A stretch of DNA of 64,000 nucleotides, from sequence record OV032902.1, one strand, 5' to 3'. The stretch's first letter is position 1, and the number at the start of each line of letters is the position of its first letter. The notes below the pieces were generated by a model that ran no database searches, was not told where the DNA came from, and saw nothing but the letters and a program-made list of their open reading frames with translations. A program made the position numbers and the translations under genes. Positions 25,630-36,800 of the stretch are shown piece after piece.

Positions 25630-28600
25630 ATGGCTATTATTAGAAAAGCTCTCATTAAGTTTTATTTGACTAAAGCTGAAGCAGCGACTGCAAATGAAAC
25701 TCCGGGCGACATCGGTTACTTTAGTGACGGTGCCCCTGCCGGTTGGTTTGAAGCCTCAATCGATAATGGAAATCCTGCTGTCGATGGTAATACGCTACAA
25801 GGTAGTGAATCTAACCTTTACTGGAAGCGTATCGTTAATGCGGAAACTGAAGCTCCTACTCCGGTTCTTGTTCCAGATGCTTATGCGGAAGGTACTGCTT
25901 ATCAACAATACCAAATCGTTGAGTCTGGTGGCAAGCTGTACGTTTGTGATTCTGCTCACACGCCAACCGCTGCTGAAGTAACTAGCCTTGCTAAGGTTAC
26001 TGAACTTGGCACGGGCGCAGCTGGTATTGCTGATGTAGTCGCTGTGGAATACAAAGCCACCGAAACATACAAAGCATTTGAGCTTGTTTACATCGGCACG
26101 GATATCTTTGTTACTTCTTCTGCGCATACTGCCGATGCAGATAACGTAACCAACAAAGACCAGCTTATCCAGCTTAATGGCGGTGGCGGTTCTTTGGATG
26201 AAGTAGTTGCAAAAGAATACGTAGCTGCTACGCTATACAAGGCATATGAACTAGTGCGTATTGGTAGCGAAATCTTTATCTCTGGTTCAGAACACACGCC
26301 AACCGCTGGCGAAGTAGCTGACAAGTCTAAGCTTATCCCAATAAGTGAAGATAAAGATACTGGCCCTGGTGTTCATACATCAGTGGCTAACGAAACTGAT
26401 TACCGTAAAGGCGATGTTTTCAAACTAGCTAACGGTATCTTCATGCTTAAGGTTGACTTCACTACTGATGCAAATGCTACTGATGCAGAAGTAATCGCAC
26501 AGTGTGAAAAGCTAGCTGGTCCTGAAGCTTCTGTTCGTACTTCGTTTACCAATAGTACTGATTACTTCAAAGGCGATTTCTTTATCTTTGATTCTGGTAC
26601 TTACCGTGTTAAAGCTGACTTCCAGACCGATGCAAATGCTACTGAAGCAGAAATTATTGCAGCGTGTGATAAGCTTTCTGGCCCTACTCAGAAAACTTAT
26701 GCAGGCTTCCCTGCATCAACTGCATTCAGTATCGGCGATATTGTTACTGAAGATGACCGCAGCTATGTAGTTAAAACGGCGTTTAGTACTGGCGCGTCAG
26801 ACAACACGGTCACTGATCAAGAAACTAACCTTCTACCTTTGTTCGCAGAGCATTTGGTTCCACGTGTGTATAGTAATGGCGCAGTACTTAAAGAAAACGA
26901 AATCTTTGAGTATGGCGGTAACCTTTACTTTACTCCTAACTCGGTTGACGGTACGTCTACTAACCAAACAACTTGGGCGGAAATTGAATCAAGCTGCATC
27001 CTAGTTGCTCAGGTTCCAGTAACCGCAACTCCTGATTTCGTAGCAGCTAACACATACAACGCCAATGATGTTGTTAAATTCGACGGACTAGAATGGAAGC
27101 TTACTGGTACGCACACTGTCAATGATCCTATTGACTTGACTAACTGGTCTCGTGTTATCACAACAGGCGTTAACCGTGGTGAGCACAAAACAAACCATGT
27201 TTACTTGAAAGACGACATCGTCACAAGGAGCGGCATTGCTTATAAGGCAAACGCTAATGTGGACGACACCGTTAGTTTCGCCGAAGGATTATCAGGCGCG
27301 ACCTTTATTCGCCTAGACACAGCAGTGTTCGATGGACTGTCTAATTCCAAGGTTTATATAGTAGGCGATATCGTTTCAGCCGGTACGGCATCGTATGCAG
27401 TACACACTGCTTACAAGTCTGCTGCCGCTGCTACTGAAGCAGAGCTAGCTGCTAACTCTACATTGATTGCAACCAGTATCGAAACTTACTTGCCTACATA
27501 CACAAACGGTAGTGCATTGAAGAATGGTCAATTGTTCTTCTATGATGAAGCTGTTTATCGCGCAGACGCGGATAAAGATGGTACAACTGCTAGCGAAACC
27601 ACATGGGCTGAAATCGAAGGCGAAATGACGTTCTTGTTTAGCTTTAAGGTTGAACCGGCTCCTGCTGCATGGGCTAAGGCTAACGCTTATGCTGTTGGCG
27701 ATAAAGCCACTTATGCTGGTCAGGTTGTAGTTGCTACTGCTGCATCTGCTGCTAACGACGAGTTCTCGTATAGTGATTGGACCCGTGAATTGGATTATCC
27801 TTACAATCAGGGCGATCACGTAAACGGCCGTGCTTACATGAAGGGCGACGTAGTCTTTATTGATAGTGTTGAGTACATTGCACGCTCTAATGTTGATTCT
27901 GATGCCGGTGCTTCCGAAATCAAACTAGGCGTGTCTTCTGACTTCTATCGTTTGACTCCGACCACTCATAGTGATCTAGTTGCAGACACTTTATACTCTA
28001 ACTTTGATATCGTTATCAAAGAAGGCATTACGTATCTTGTAACGACTCCTATTCTTACAACTAGCTCTACAACCTGGAATGACCTTGTAGCGAACATGAC
28101 TGTGGTTGCAGATAACTCTGCGTATGCGGTTCGTGAATACGTTGCAGAAGAAGACCTGAAGAAGTACGAGTTTGTCGTAGAGCCCGCAACAGGTGACGTT
28201 TACGTTACAACTAGTGCTATTGCCGGCAACGCAGGTAACACATTCCAAATCGTTAAAGACAACGGCGTTCGCGTAGCTGAATCTCCAGTTACTCCTGTTC
28301 CTGACTTTGACGCTGGTGAGCTATATACAGAGAACGACGAAGTTCGTTTCGAAAGTATGGTGTACACAGCTAAAGACCAAACAGGTCGTTTAGTAAACGA
28401 TGCATTTAGCCTTACTTACTTTGAGCGTAACATTCCTGCCGGATTTAAGTTCGGTGACTTCGTAGCCAACAAGTTATACCTAAACGGTGACTTTGTTACA
28501 AATGGCGGCATAGAATACAAAGTTAAAGCAACTGGTACTTTTGCCACGTTAACTGAAACTAATACTACGTTTGAGCGTACAAGTACAATCTTCAAGTTTA

Positions 28601-31600
28601 CCCTGGAAGCAGCGAAGCGTTACATCCCAGGTGACTTGCTTTACTTGACGAGCGGTGCTTACTACGTGCGTAACGAGTTTACGACTAACAACCCTGCTGA
28701 TATTGATGACCACGCAGCCGACATTTATGTCATTGCTGAGAAAGATCATCCTCCAGTAGAAGAGTATGTTCCTACTCAAGATGGCGAAGAGTTCAAGTTG
28801 ATCGTTCATAATGAAGGTCTTTACTTCATTAAGACGGCCTGGACTGCTGATGTATCTAACGCAGATAGTGCTAACTGGACCAATGATACTTTTGACAAGA
28901 TCAAAGGCAACCTAGTTGAACTTGTTCCTCAGAAGAATCCTACTCCAATTGCGTTTGTTCAGGCTGATACATACCAAGAAGACGATTATGTTTCACATGA
29001 TGGTTTTAATTGGCATCGTAATGACTCTACGACTCGTAAGGGTGGTGACGCATTCAGTCTAGATCACTTCAATCGTGAAGAAGCTGGTGGTCAAAATCGT
29101 GGTACATTTACTTCCGGTCAACACTACTTATCTGGCGATAAAGTGTTCGACAACGGAATTGAATATCGTGCTAATACATTGATCAACTACGGCGATGTAA
29201 CGGTATTCGTTGAAGGTCTGGGCTTACAAGAGTTTGTTCGTATTACTCCAATCGTTCATCAAGGCTTTGCACCAGATACACTTTACATTCGTGGTGACTG
29301 GGTAATTGAAGACGGCGTTACATACTACGTGCAACCTGTGACTTTCTTTGAGTCTGGCGCAGCTGAAACACTGGCTGAATTTGAAGCACGTAATGAGGTA
29401 GAAGTGATTGCGGACCACCGCATCCTTAATCCTCGTGAGTACGTTGCCAAAGATAATGCCGAGCAAGGCGAGATCATTCAGTACCAAGGTTCCGTTTACT
29501 ACGTTACTACGGCGTGGGTTTCAGATACTACGGATGCTGATGCGGCTAACCATGTTAACCATGAATGGGATGCAGTTAAGGATAAAGTCGTTGCGCTTTA
29601 CCAAACACCTGCCCCAGTACTTCCGGTATTTGATGCAGCCACTGCATACAATGCCAATGACGAAGTTCAGGATAAATATGGTTTAGTTTGGACTCGTCGT
29701 AATGTTGCAGACGGAACAGCACAACCATTGACTGAAACTCACTGGACGCGTAATGATGCTGACCCGCAGATCTTCGAACATATTCCTGATCGCGAGTACA
29801 CATACCTGCCTAACGACAAGATTAAATACGGAACATCTTACTTCCACTTTAATCTAGCCAATGACCTTGCTTCGGCGGATATTGATGAATGGGCTACGTG
29901 GCTAGAAGCTAACACTCGAATCGAACCTACCGGCGAGATTAAGATTGTGGCTGGCAACGGGAGTCTGACCGGACTTGAGTATGTTGCACCTGGTCAACTA
30001 GTAAGCTTCCTAACGGACGGCACGCTTAATGGCCTTCAAGGCAAGCAAGGCGAAACATACGTTATTACGTCTACGATGCGTTCTACCACTCTTAACAAGG
30101 CATACTTTGTTAAGATTGCTGAGAAAGCTAAACTGGCAACTGCATTTGATGCTACGGCGACATATGCAACTGGTGACTTAGTTACTATTGCCGAAGATAG
30201 CTTTACTTATGAGCTAACCGGTACGCACAATGTTAACGATGCGTTTAACTTGACTAACTGGTCTCGTGTAGAACCAGCACAGCACCGTGGTGCACATAGC
30301 GATGCAGTTTACTATATCACCGGTGATAAGGTTACTAATGCTGGCAAAGAGTACGAAGCTCTTGGTCCTATTAGTAAGACAGCTTTTGCTGAAGGCATTG
30401 CAGGTAATACATTCAAGCGTGTTACTCAAAACGTTGCTGCTTCTTTAACGGCTGACATGTTCTATGTTGAAGGCGATATCTTTAACTTGAATGGTTATGA
30501 CCTAGAAGTAACTGCTGCGTTCCAAGCTGATGCTGACCCAACGTTCGCTGAGAACATTGCTAACATGCAGGCAATCAACGTAGATGAGAAATACTACTTG
30601 GCTGCTGCTGACGGCGTAGCGTTCCATGACTACAACAAGAAAGAGCATGTGTTTATCTTCACCGAAGATCGCTCGACTGAGTTGTTTAATGGTTTCACAC
30701 CTATGACTGGCGACCGCATGGTTCTTAAGCGCGACCGTACGGCTACGAACAACCCTCCAATAGCGGCTGACTTTGATATCTTCCTAGCGAAGCAAATCGA
30801 AGATGCTATTGAGCCGCATGATGATGGCACTGCTTACTTGACTGGCGACAAAGTAACTTACCAAGGTTTTGTTTGGACTTCTACTGAAGCTCAATCGGCT
30901 CTTGTTTGGGACTTTACTAAGTGGACTCGTGACCTGCCTGGTGGTGAACATCGCGGTACGTTCAGCAATGCTGTACACTACCGTACAGGCGACACCGTAA
31001 CCCATCCTGATGATGGTGCTTTGTATGCAATCAATTCTAACGTTGATAGCGTAGCTGCATTTAACATCGGCTCACTTGCGGCAGAATGGACGCGTGTTGG
31101 TCCTGGTATCTTCACGGATGCCTCGGTCGTGGCATGGAATACTCAGTTCTTTAAAGGCGATCGTCTATACTTCGGTAAGCAGTACCGTACTGTAACAGAA
31201 GACTTTGCGATTGGTGCTGACCCTGCCGATGGCTCTGTTCCTGAACTGGATGAAACCAAGCTTCGCATCGAAGGTCGTTGGGACCGCTCTAACGTTCGTA
31301 CTGTTACGGCAGACGAGTCTGTTAGTGCAGAAGAAGTTGTTCGCTACGGCAACAAACTTTACTTTGTGTTTGCTGACTATGTGCCAAGTGACCCTGTGGT
31401 TGCTGCCGAGCTAGAAGCGAAGATTTACGAACTCGTAAACTTTGAGTCCACTCAGCACGAAGCATACGATGCTGCCAAGATATATGCCGAAGGCGATATC
31501 GTTTCTTATCAAGACGAAATCTTCCAGCGTACTAATGATACCATTGGTGATGCAGGTAACTTTACTGCTGCTCGCTGGACTAAGTTGTCTGAGAAGAGTG

Positions 31601-32685
31601 TACGTACTGCTGGTGTTCTAGCAGACATGAATGACTGGTATGTTGGTGTTGATGACATAGTTCACTATCAAGGCATTACACTTACCGCTAAGGTAGCTCG
31701 CGGTGTTGATGAACTCAAGATTCCTTTCGATGATACTAAGTTCGATCGTGCTGGTAACTTTGTGTTTAATACGGCATTCTCTTACCTTGGCAGACGCGCT
31801 CTAATCAAAGGTGACTTTATCATTGACGGTCGTAACATGTATTTTGTTACAGCTGCTTTTGAGGTCCTTGATGGCGAGTCTTGGGATAATGCTCTTCGTA
31901 CACATCAATCTAGCTTCCGCTTAGTCGGTGACTATGAGTTACTTGATTGGCAAGCAGATACTTTCTATCGTACTGGTGACCTTGTTAAAGTACAGGGTTA
32001 TGAGATGGTAGTAGTTGCTAACCATACTTCAGCTTCTGCTTGGAATACTGGTGAGCTTCTTAAGTTTGTGTTGCGTGATCAGCCTACTTACGGCTTTACG
32101 ATGGAAGCTACTGACTTCATCCCGGCTGGAACTAAGTTTGATACTAACGGTGATGATGACTCAAGCACAGCACTGCCGTTTACTATTACTGGCACGGTTC
32201 CTTTGGCAAACATAAATCTGTTACTTCAAGTCGGTTTCCGCTTCTTTGTGAATAAGACTGATATCACAGACGCTATTGTGGTCGATGGTTCGGATGCAAC
32301 GCTCTTTGATATGGGCAGTATCTTCCTTGAAGCTGGAGATGTCTTAGAGATTGCTGGTTACCAGAATGGCGAAGGTACAAGTATCGCAGAAGTAGTCCAA
32401 GGTGGTTATGCTGACCTAACAGTTACTCCTACGACAGCTAATGTTTCATTGACGGATGCTAACAAAGGTCAAGTCATTGACATTACTGCGGCGATCACAG
32501 TAACTGCTGCTGGTGGTACTACTGGTTCTACATGGACTGTTGTTAACCGTTCAGGCGGACAACTAGCTGTTACACTGGGTACTGGTATTACGGCGATCGG
32601 TAACGTTAACGTTCAGGATGGTACAGCGATTACTCTAGTTATGCTAGACGCTACGACTGTGCTTATTGCTGGTGGTGTTGCTTAA
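25630..32685 (+). CDS. 2351-aa fibre protein with roughly 35 CBM5/12-like repeats
   Basis: Recurrent Y..GD.V...G..Y.(A/V)....F....W modules; beta-rich C-terminal tip domain typical of phage fibres. Confidence 0.8.
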   Translation: MAIIRKALIKFYLTKAEAATANETPGDIGYFSDGAPAGWFEASIDNGNPAVDGNTLQGSESNLYWKRIVNAETEAPTPVLVPDAYAEGTAYQQYQIVESGGKLYVCDSAHTPTAAEVTSLAKVTELGTGAAGIADVVAVEYKATETYKAFELVYIGTDIFVTSSAHTADADNVTNKDQLIQLNGGGGSLDEVVAKEYVAATLYKAYELVRIGSEIFISGSEHTPTAGEVADKSKLIPISEDKDTGPGVHTSVANETDYRKGDVFKLANGIFMLKVDFTTDANATDAEVIAQCEKLAGPEASVRTSFTNSTDYFKGDFFIFDSGTYRVKADFQTDANATEAEIIAACDKLSGPTQKTYAGFPASTAFSIGDIVTEDDRSYVVKTAFSTGASDNTVTDQETNLLPLFAEHLVPRVYSNGAVLKENEIFEYGGNLYFTPNSVDGTSTNQTTWAEIESSCILVAQVPVTATPDFVAANTYNANDVVKFDGLEWKLTGTHTVNDPIDLTNWSRVITTGVNRGEHKTNHVYLKDDIVTRSGIAYKANANVDDTVSFAEGLSGATFIRLDTAVFDGLSNSKVYIVGDIVSAGTASYAVHTAYKSAAAATEAELAANSTLIATSIETYLPTYTNGSALKNGQLFFYDEAVYRADADKDGTTASETTWAEIEGEMTFLFSFKVEPAPAAWAKANAYAVGDKATYAGQVVVATAASAANDEFSYSDWTRELDYPYNQGDHVNGRAYMKGDVVFIDSVEYIARSNVDSDAGASEIKLGVSSDFYRLTPTTHSDLVADTLYSNFDIVIKEGITYLVTTPILTTSSTTWNDLVANMTVVADNSAYAVREYVAEEDLKKYEFVVEPATGDVYVTTSAIAGNAGNTFQIVKDNGVRVAESPVTPVPDFDAGELYTENDEVRFESMVYTAKDQTGRLVNDAFSLTYFERNIPAGFKFGDFVANKLYLNGDFVTNGGIEYKVKATGTFATLTETNTTFERTSTIFKFTLEAAKRYIPGDLLYLTSGAYYVRNEFTTNNPADIDDHAADIYVIAEKDHPPVEEYVPTQDGEEFKLIVHNEGLYFIKTAWTADVSNADSANWTNDTFDKIKGNLVELVPQKNPTPIAFVQADTYQEDDYVSHDGFNWHRNDSTTRKGGDAFSLDHFNREEAGGQNRGTFTSGQHYLSGDKVFDNGIEYRANTLINYGDVTVFVEGLGLQEFVRITPIVHQGFAPDTLYIRGDWVIEDGVTYYVQPVTFFESGAAETLAEFEARNEVEVIADHRILNPREYVAKDNAEQGEIIQYQGSVYYVTTAWVSDTTDADAANHVNHEWDAVKDKVVALYQTPAPVLPVFDAATAYNANDEVQDKYGLVWTRRNVADGTAQPLTETHWTRNDADPQIFEHIPDREYTYLPNDKIKYGTSYFHFNLANDLASADIDEWATWLEANTRIEPTGEIKIVAGNGSLTGLEYVAPGQLVSFLTDGTLNGLQGKQGETYVITSTMRSTTLNKAYFVKIAEKAKLATAFDATATYATGDLVTIAEDSFTYELTGTHNVNDAFNLTNWSRVEPAQHRGAHSDAVYYITGDKVTNAGKEYEALGPISKTAFAEGIAGNTFKRVTQNVAASLTADMFYVEGDIFNLNGYDLEVTAAFQADADPTFAENIANMQAINVDEKYYLAAADGVAFHDYNKKEHVFIFTEDRSTELFNGFTPMTGDRMVLKRDRTATNNPPIAADFDIFLAKQIEDAIEPHDDGTAYLTGDKVTYQGFVWTSTEAQSALVWDFTKWTRDLPGGEHRGTFSNAVHYRTGDTVTHPDDGALYAINSNVDSVAAFNIGSLAAEWTRVGPGIFTDASVVAWNTQFFKGDRLYFGKQYRTVTEDFAIGADPADGSVPELDETKLRIEGRWDRSNVRTVTADESVSAEEVVRYGNKLYFVFADYVPSDPVVAAELEAKIYELVNFESTQHEAYDAAKIYAEGDIVSYQDEIFQRTNDTIGDAGNFTAARWTKLSEKSVRTAGVLADMNDWYVGVDDIVHYQGITLTAKVARGVDELKIPFDDTKFDRAGNFVFNTAFSYLGRRALIKGDFIIDGRNMYFVTAAFEVLDGESWDNALRTHQSSFRLVGDYELLDWQADTFYRTGDLVKVQGYEMVVVANHTSASAWNTGELLKFVLRDQPTYGFTMEATDFIPAGTKFDTNGDDDSSTALPFTITGTVPLANINLLLQVGFRFFVNKTDITDAIVVDGSDATLFDMGSIFLEAGDVLEIAGYQNGEGTSIAEVVQGGYADLTVTPTTANVSLTDANKGQVIDITAAITVTAAGGTTGSTWTVVNRSGGQLAVTLGTGITAIGNVNVQDGTAITLVMLDATTVLIAGGVA

Positions 32686-32698
32686 TAAATATTAGAAA

Positions 32699-32735
32699 CC
32701 TCTTCCCCTTGTGGGAAGAGGCTTTCTTTTTCTTT
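32699..32735 (+). terminator. Rho-independent terminator
   Basis: CCTCTTCCC-CTTGT-GGGAAGAGG followed by CTTTCTTTTT. Confidence 0.8.
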
Positions 32736-32744
32736 AACTTAATT

Positions 32745-32755
32745 AAATCGTATAG
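32745..32755 (+). promoter_or_regulatory. Candidate late-promoter motif
   Basis: AAATCGTATAG. Confidence 0.4.
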
Positions 32756-32807
32756 GTCTCACGACCTTTCTAACGTTAGAAAACTAAAACTCAAAGAGGA
32801 TTATAAC

Positions 32808-33881
32808 ATGTCTTATAATCAAAGTCTTATAAAAGATCTGCGATTCGAAACAGTCGCAAAAGCTCAGTCGCGAGACTCTCGCGGCAAGCAGGCATTTATT
32901 GTCGAAAAGGGTCTTTGGTATCATGGCGTAACTGTTGCTAACGGAACAGCCGATGGTATAGCGGACGATGACCTTTATATTGCTACTCCGGTAACAGACG
33001 TATTCTGGAAAAAGCAAGAAGGCGGCGAAGGCGGCGGTGCTCCTTTACCTGCTACAGGTGAAGCTGGTGCTCCTGCGGATTCCACTCCTTCTTCTATTGC
33101 GCCTACTGTAACGTTTGCGGACGTGCAAGGTAAGACAGCAGCCGAAGCTCTAATGGCGCTTCACTTCCCTGCTACGGTTCCTACTCAGACGCTACCAACA
33201 GTAACACTCGGTCTGTTACCTATTACTATCGCTAAAGGCTCGGCACTACCTGGTAACTTGACTTCTAATTTTGTACAAAATAATGGTGGTGCTAAGAACG
33301 GCGACTATAATTTAGTTGTTAGTGATAGCGGCGGCGAGCTTTTCAATGCTAACGCATCCGACGGTGCTTTTGACATTTCTGCGGTAGTTGAACTTCAGAG
33401 CCTGCAAGAAACTGCAACGTTTACGCTGTCAGTGGATTATGATGCTGGCCTAGTGCCAAACGATAGCTATGGCAATCCATCACCTAGTGATCAGGTAGCG
33501 GCAGGTACTGCAAGTATTGTATTGACTGTTACTCCTACACTTTCTATTCATCACGGTCTACAGGCCAAAGGTGAAGATCTTACTGCGAAGACTTCTACAG
33601 AACTTCGTACTATCGCAAATGCTCTTACAGCTGCGGCTGATGGTACTGCGGTATTCACAAACGTAACCATTCCTAATACGAGTGATTACTACTTCCTCAT
33701 TCCTGGTGTTAAGACTACTGTGACAACTGTTTCACAAGGCTTCACAATCACAGGAATCGCTTCTGTACTCGGCCAAGTAACTATGGACGATGCAGCAGGT
33801 ACAGAGAGCTCGACTTACACGCTTATTAAACTAGCGGGTCAAGCGGCTCAGTCAGTTATTGATACTGTAACTATTAGCTAA
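32808..33881 (+). CDS. Probable virion structural or fibre-associated protein (357 aa)
   Basis: ATG at 32808 after GAGGA; beta/Ig-like Thr-rich sequence; co-transcribed with the next fibre gene. Confidence 0.75.
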   Translation: MSYNQSLIKDLRFETVAKAQSRDSRGKQAFIVEKGLWYHGVTVANGTADGIADDDLYIATPVTDVFWKKQEGGEGGGAPLPATGEAGAPADSTPSSIAPTVTFADVQGKTAAEALMALHFPATVPTQTLPTVTLGLLPITIAKGSALPGNLTSNFVQNNGGAKNGDYNLVVSDSGGELFNANASDGAFDISAVVELQSLQETATFTLSVDYDAGLVPNDSYGNPSPSDQVAAGTASIVLTVTPTLSIHHGLQAKGEDLTAKTSTELRTIANALTAAADGTAVFTNVTIPNTSDYYFLIPGVKTTVTTVSQGFTITGIASVLGQVTMDDAAGTESSTYTLIKLAGQAAQSVIDTVTIS

Positions 33882-33892
33882 AGGAAATAACA

Positions 33893-36800
33893 ATGAGTTA
33901 TGTAACTAATTTCCCTGGTGGCTTTCAAAGCTCTACAGATAAGCCTCTAGATTACCGTGCTGTGGTAGACGACATCTCAGCACTAGAAGCAGTTGTGCTT
34001 CAAACTGTTTATATCGGTCTAGTTATCTACGATAAAGCGACTGGCAAACACTATGAGATCAAGGGTACGGATGGTACACAAGCTGGTCTTGTTTACTCTG
34101 TCTTTGGTCAAGGCAGTGATTCTGATTCTGCACTAGCCGATATCATTACTACTCGTAATCCAACTAAGAGTGATGACGCTGACTCTTCTGAGTTTACAGT
34201 CAACGCCCTTACAAGCTGGTTAAACAAAGACACAGGTGAGCTGTTCCTTTGTACGGACAACACTGCGGGTGCAGCTAATTGGATTCGTTACGTTACCGAA
34301 GGTGACTTGACTGGTTTAACTCCTGGTAATACTTTTGTCATCGAAGAATTAAACATCCCAGTTAATGCCCCAGCGGACAGTAATTACGAATTTAATATCA
34401 GTCTTCCAAATCTGACTGCGTATGTCAATTCAACTATAGATCTTTTCGTCAACGATGAATTGCTTGTGTCGACTCCATTAGTGATGAATACCGATGATTA
34501 TGTCATTACGGCTCCATTGAAGAAAAACGATAAAGTCGAATTTCGAATGGGTCTATCTGGCAATGTGCCTATTGAGGTTCTGGGCCTTGGTAATGGTTCA
34601 GAGGTTGCAGAATTTCTTCCAAATGGCGATATTATCTCGGCTTCGAGTGCGTCTTCCGATCCTGACATAAGAAGAATAAACACTAAAGACGGAACGATTA
34701 GTAGTGTTATTGAAACCGGGTTGCCGAGTGCTTTTATTTCGGAATCAGGCTCAATTAGATTAACTGTCGATTCAGAGGGAACTTTGTTCGCGTCTAGAAA
34801 TTCCAGAACTTCCGATGAGATTTATTTTCTTAAATTAGGCAGTAATTCATGGGAAACATTAACAATACCAGAAGGAGCGATAACATGTAGATGGCTATCG
34901 ATGTATGACGAAGATCATCTTTTAAATGTTGATTCGGACAATCAGCTCCTTCAAAAGATCAATAAGGTCACCGGTCAATCGTCGCCAGTCTCTAATGTTC
35001 CTGGTACGATTGCTACTAACTGGAGATCCAGATACGTAGGAAACGGCCAGCTTTTGTTCACACGAGGAACTAGCCTAGGACCTATTCTTTTTGATACGGT
35101 AAATGAAACAACACTCATAGATTTTTGGGCAACTGCCGGAGAAATCGTTTTTGGTTCGAATGAGCAGTTTTACGGTGGCGATAAAGTAGAAGATGATGTT
35201 TTCATCTTTAACACATTGAACATGGATAATCACTATTTATGCCGAAAAGGAAAATGGGAAATCGACGCAGGTCCTTTAAATAGTTCCCGCAATGTTGCTG
35301 TTTCTGACCTAGGTGTTTATTTTTATCCTGCTGCTTCGACTACATTGGCTTCTACACTGCGACTTTATTCGCATGCTGATAGCTTCCGTGCTTCGGCCTA
35401 TGCGGAACCAACTGCTTACTTTGCACCTACTCTAGATCTTGCTTTTGGTATCTTAGAGACACGCGACCCGATTGAAACAGATGATTCTGCTTCCGTTACT
35501 TACGATATCGCAGTTAACCAGACTTGGAAGAATGAAACAACAGGTTCTGTGTTTGTTTGTGCGGATGCAACTCCTGGCGCAGCTGTTTGGAAGAAGTACG
35601 TAACAGAAGATGAGCTTCCAGGTAAGTCTACGCTTAACCTAATGCGCTTCCCTGAGTTAAGAGTTTCAGTTGATTTGGAAACCGCCGTTCCAGACGAAAC
35701 TACACCGCATCAATTTTCAACTCTTGATCTTACGATCCCTAAAGACGGTAAATATCACTTAGGTGGTAGCTTCCCTATTTCAGGTCTTAACCTTCCTCCG
35801 ATGAGTACAAGTCAAGCAGGTAGTGCTATTACTAACTTCTGTCTTGATTTGATGTTGTTCCGCGATAGTACATTGAGTCCTCTAGTTCGTGGCGATATTT
35901 CGATCATGACTAACGACGTGACGCAGGATAACTATGACTTCTTTGGTAAGGCAAGCTTTGATGAGATCTTGGATCTTAAAGCAGGCGATGTTCTAACGTG
36001 GCAATTCTACACCACTTCAAACATCCCACCTACGGCAGATGCATTCCTGTTCATTAACCCTACAGATGGTAACTCTGTTGCGTCTCAGGGCCACAAGTCA
36101 GCTCCGTGGCTGCGTGAACTAGAAGTAGCTACTTATCTTCCTGCTGGTGATTACACGTACGGTATCAAGTCTACTCGTGACCCAGGTCCAACGGATGATG
36201 AGAACTCTACTGACTTCGCTATTGCGATTAACCAAGTATGGTTTAACGAAACAAATGGTAAGACATTTGTTTGTCAAGACGCTACAGCGGACAATGCAGT
36301 ATGGAATGCTTACGTAACAGCTGACCAAATCCCTGGCTTCCAGGATACTCAGTATGTTTCATTGACAGATGTTACTCAATTCGCCACTGTAAGCGAAACA
36401 GCACTTCACCGTTTTGGTATTACACTAGCTGGTACCGATCTATCGGGCGCTACCCTGTGGATGACTGTTAATGGCAATGATGCTATTCAGTTTGATTTGA
36501 GTGGTCTAACGGGTGCCGGTACACGCATGTACTCTACGGACCAATTTACGGCTCTTAACAAAGATGACGTGATTGCATTCCGTTGGGTTCCTAATGGCGC
36601 TGTTATTAGTTCGTTTGGTTTTGCTGGTGGTATTCAGCCAACTACTTACTATGCTCCATTGAAAGACTTTGAACTAGGTATCAAGGAAACTCGTGACCCT
36701 ACTCCAAATGATGACGAAAACTCTCCTGGTTTGTTTATTCAAGTAAACCAAATCTGGCATAACGAAGCTACGGCTTCTATCTTTGTATGTACAGATGCTA

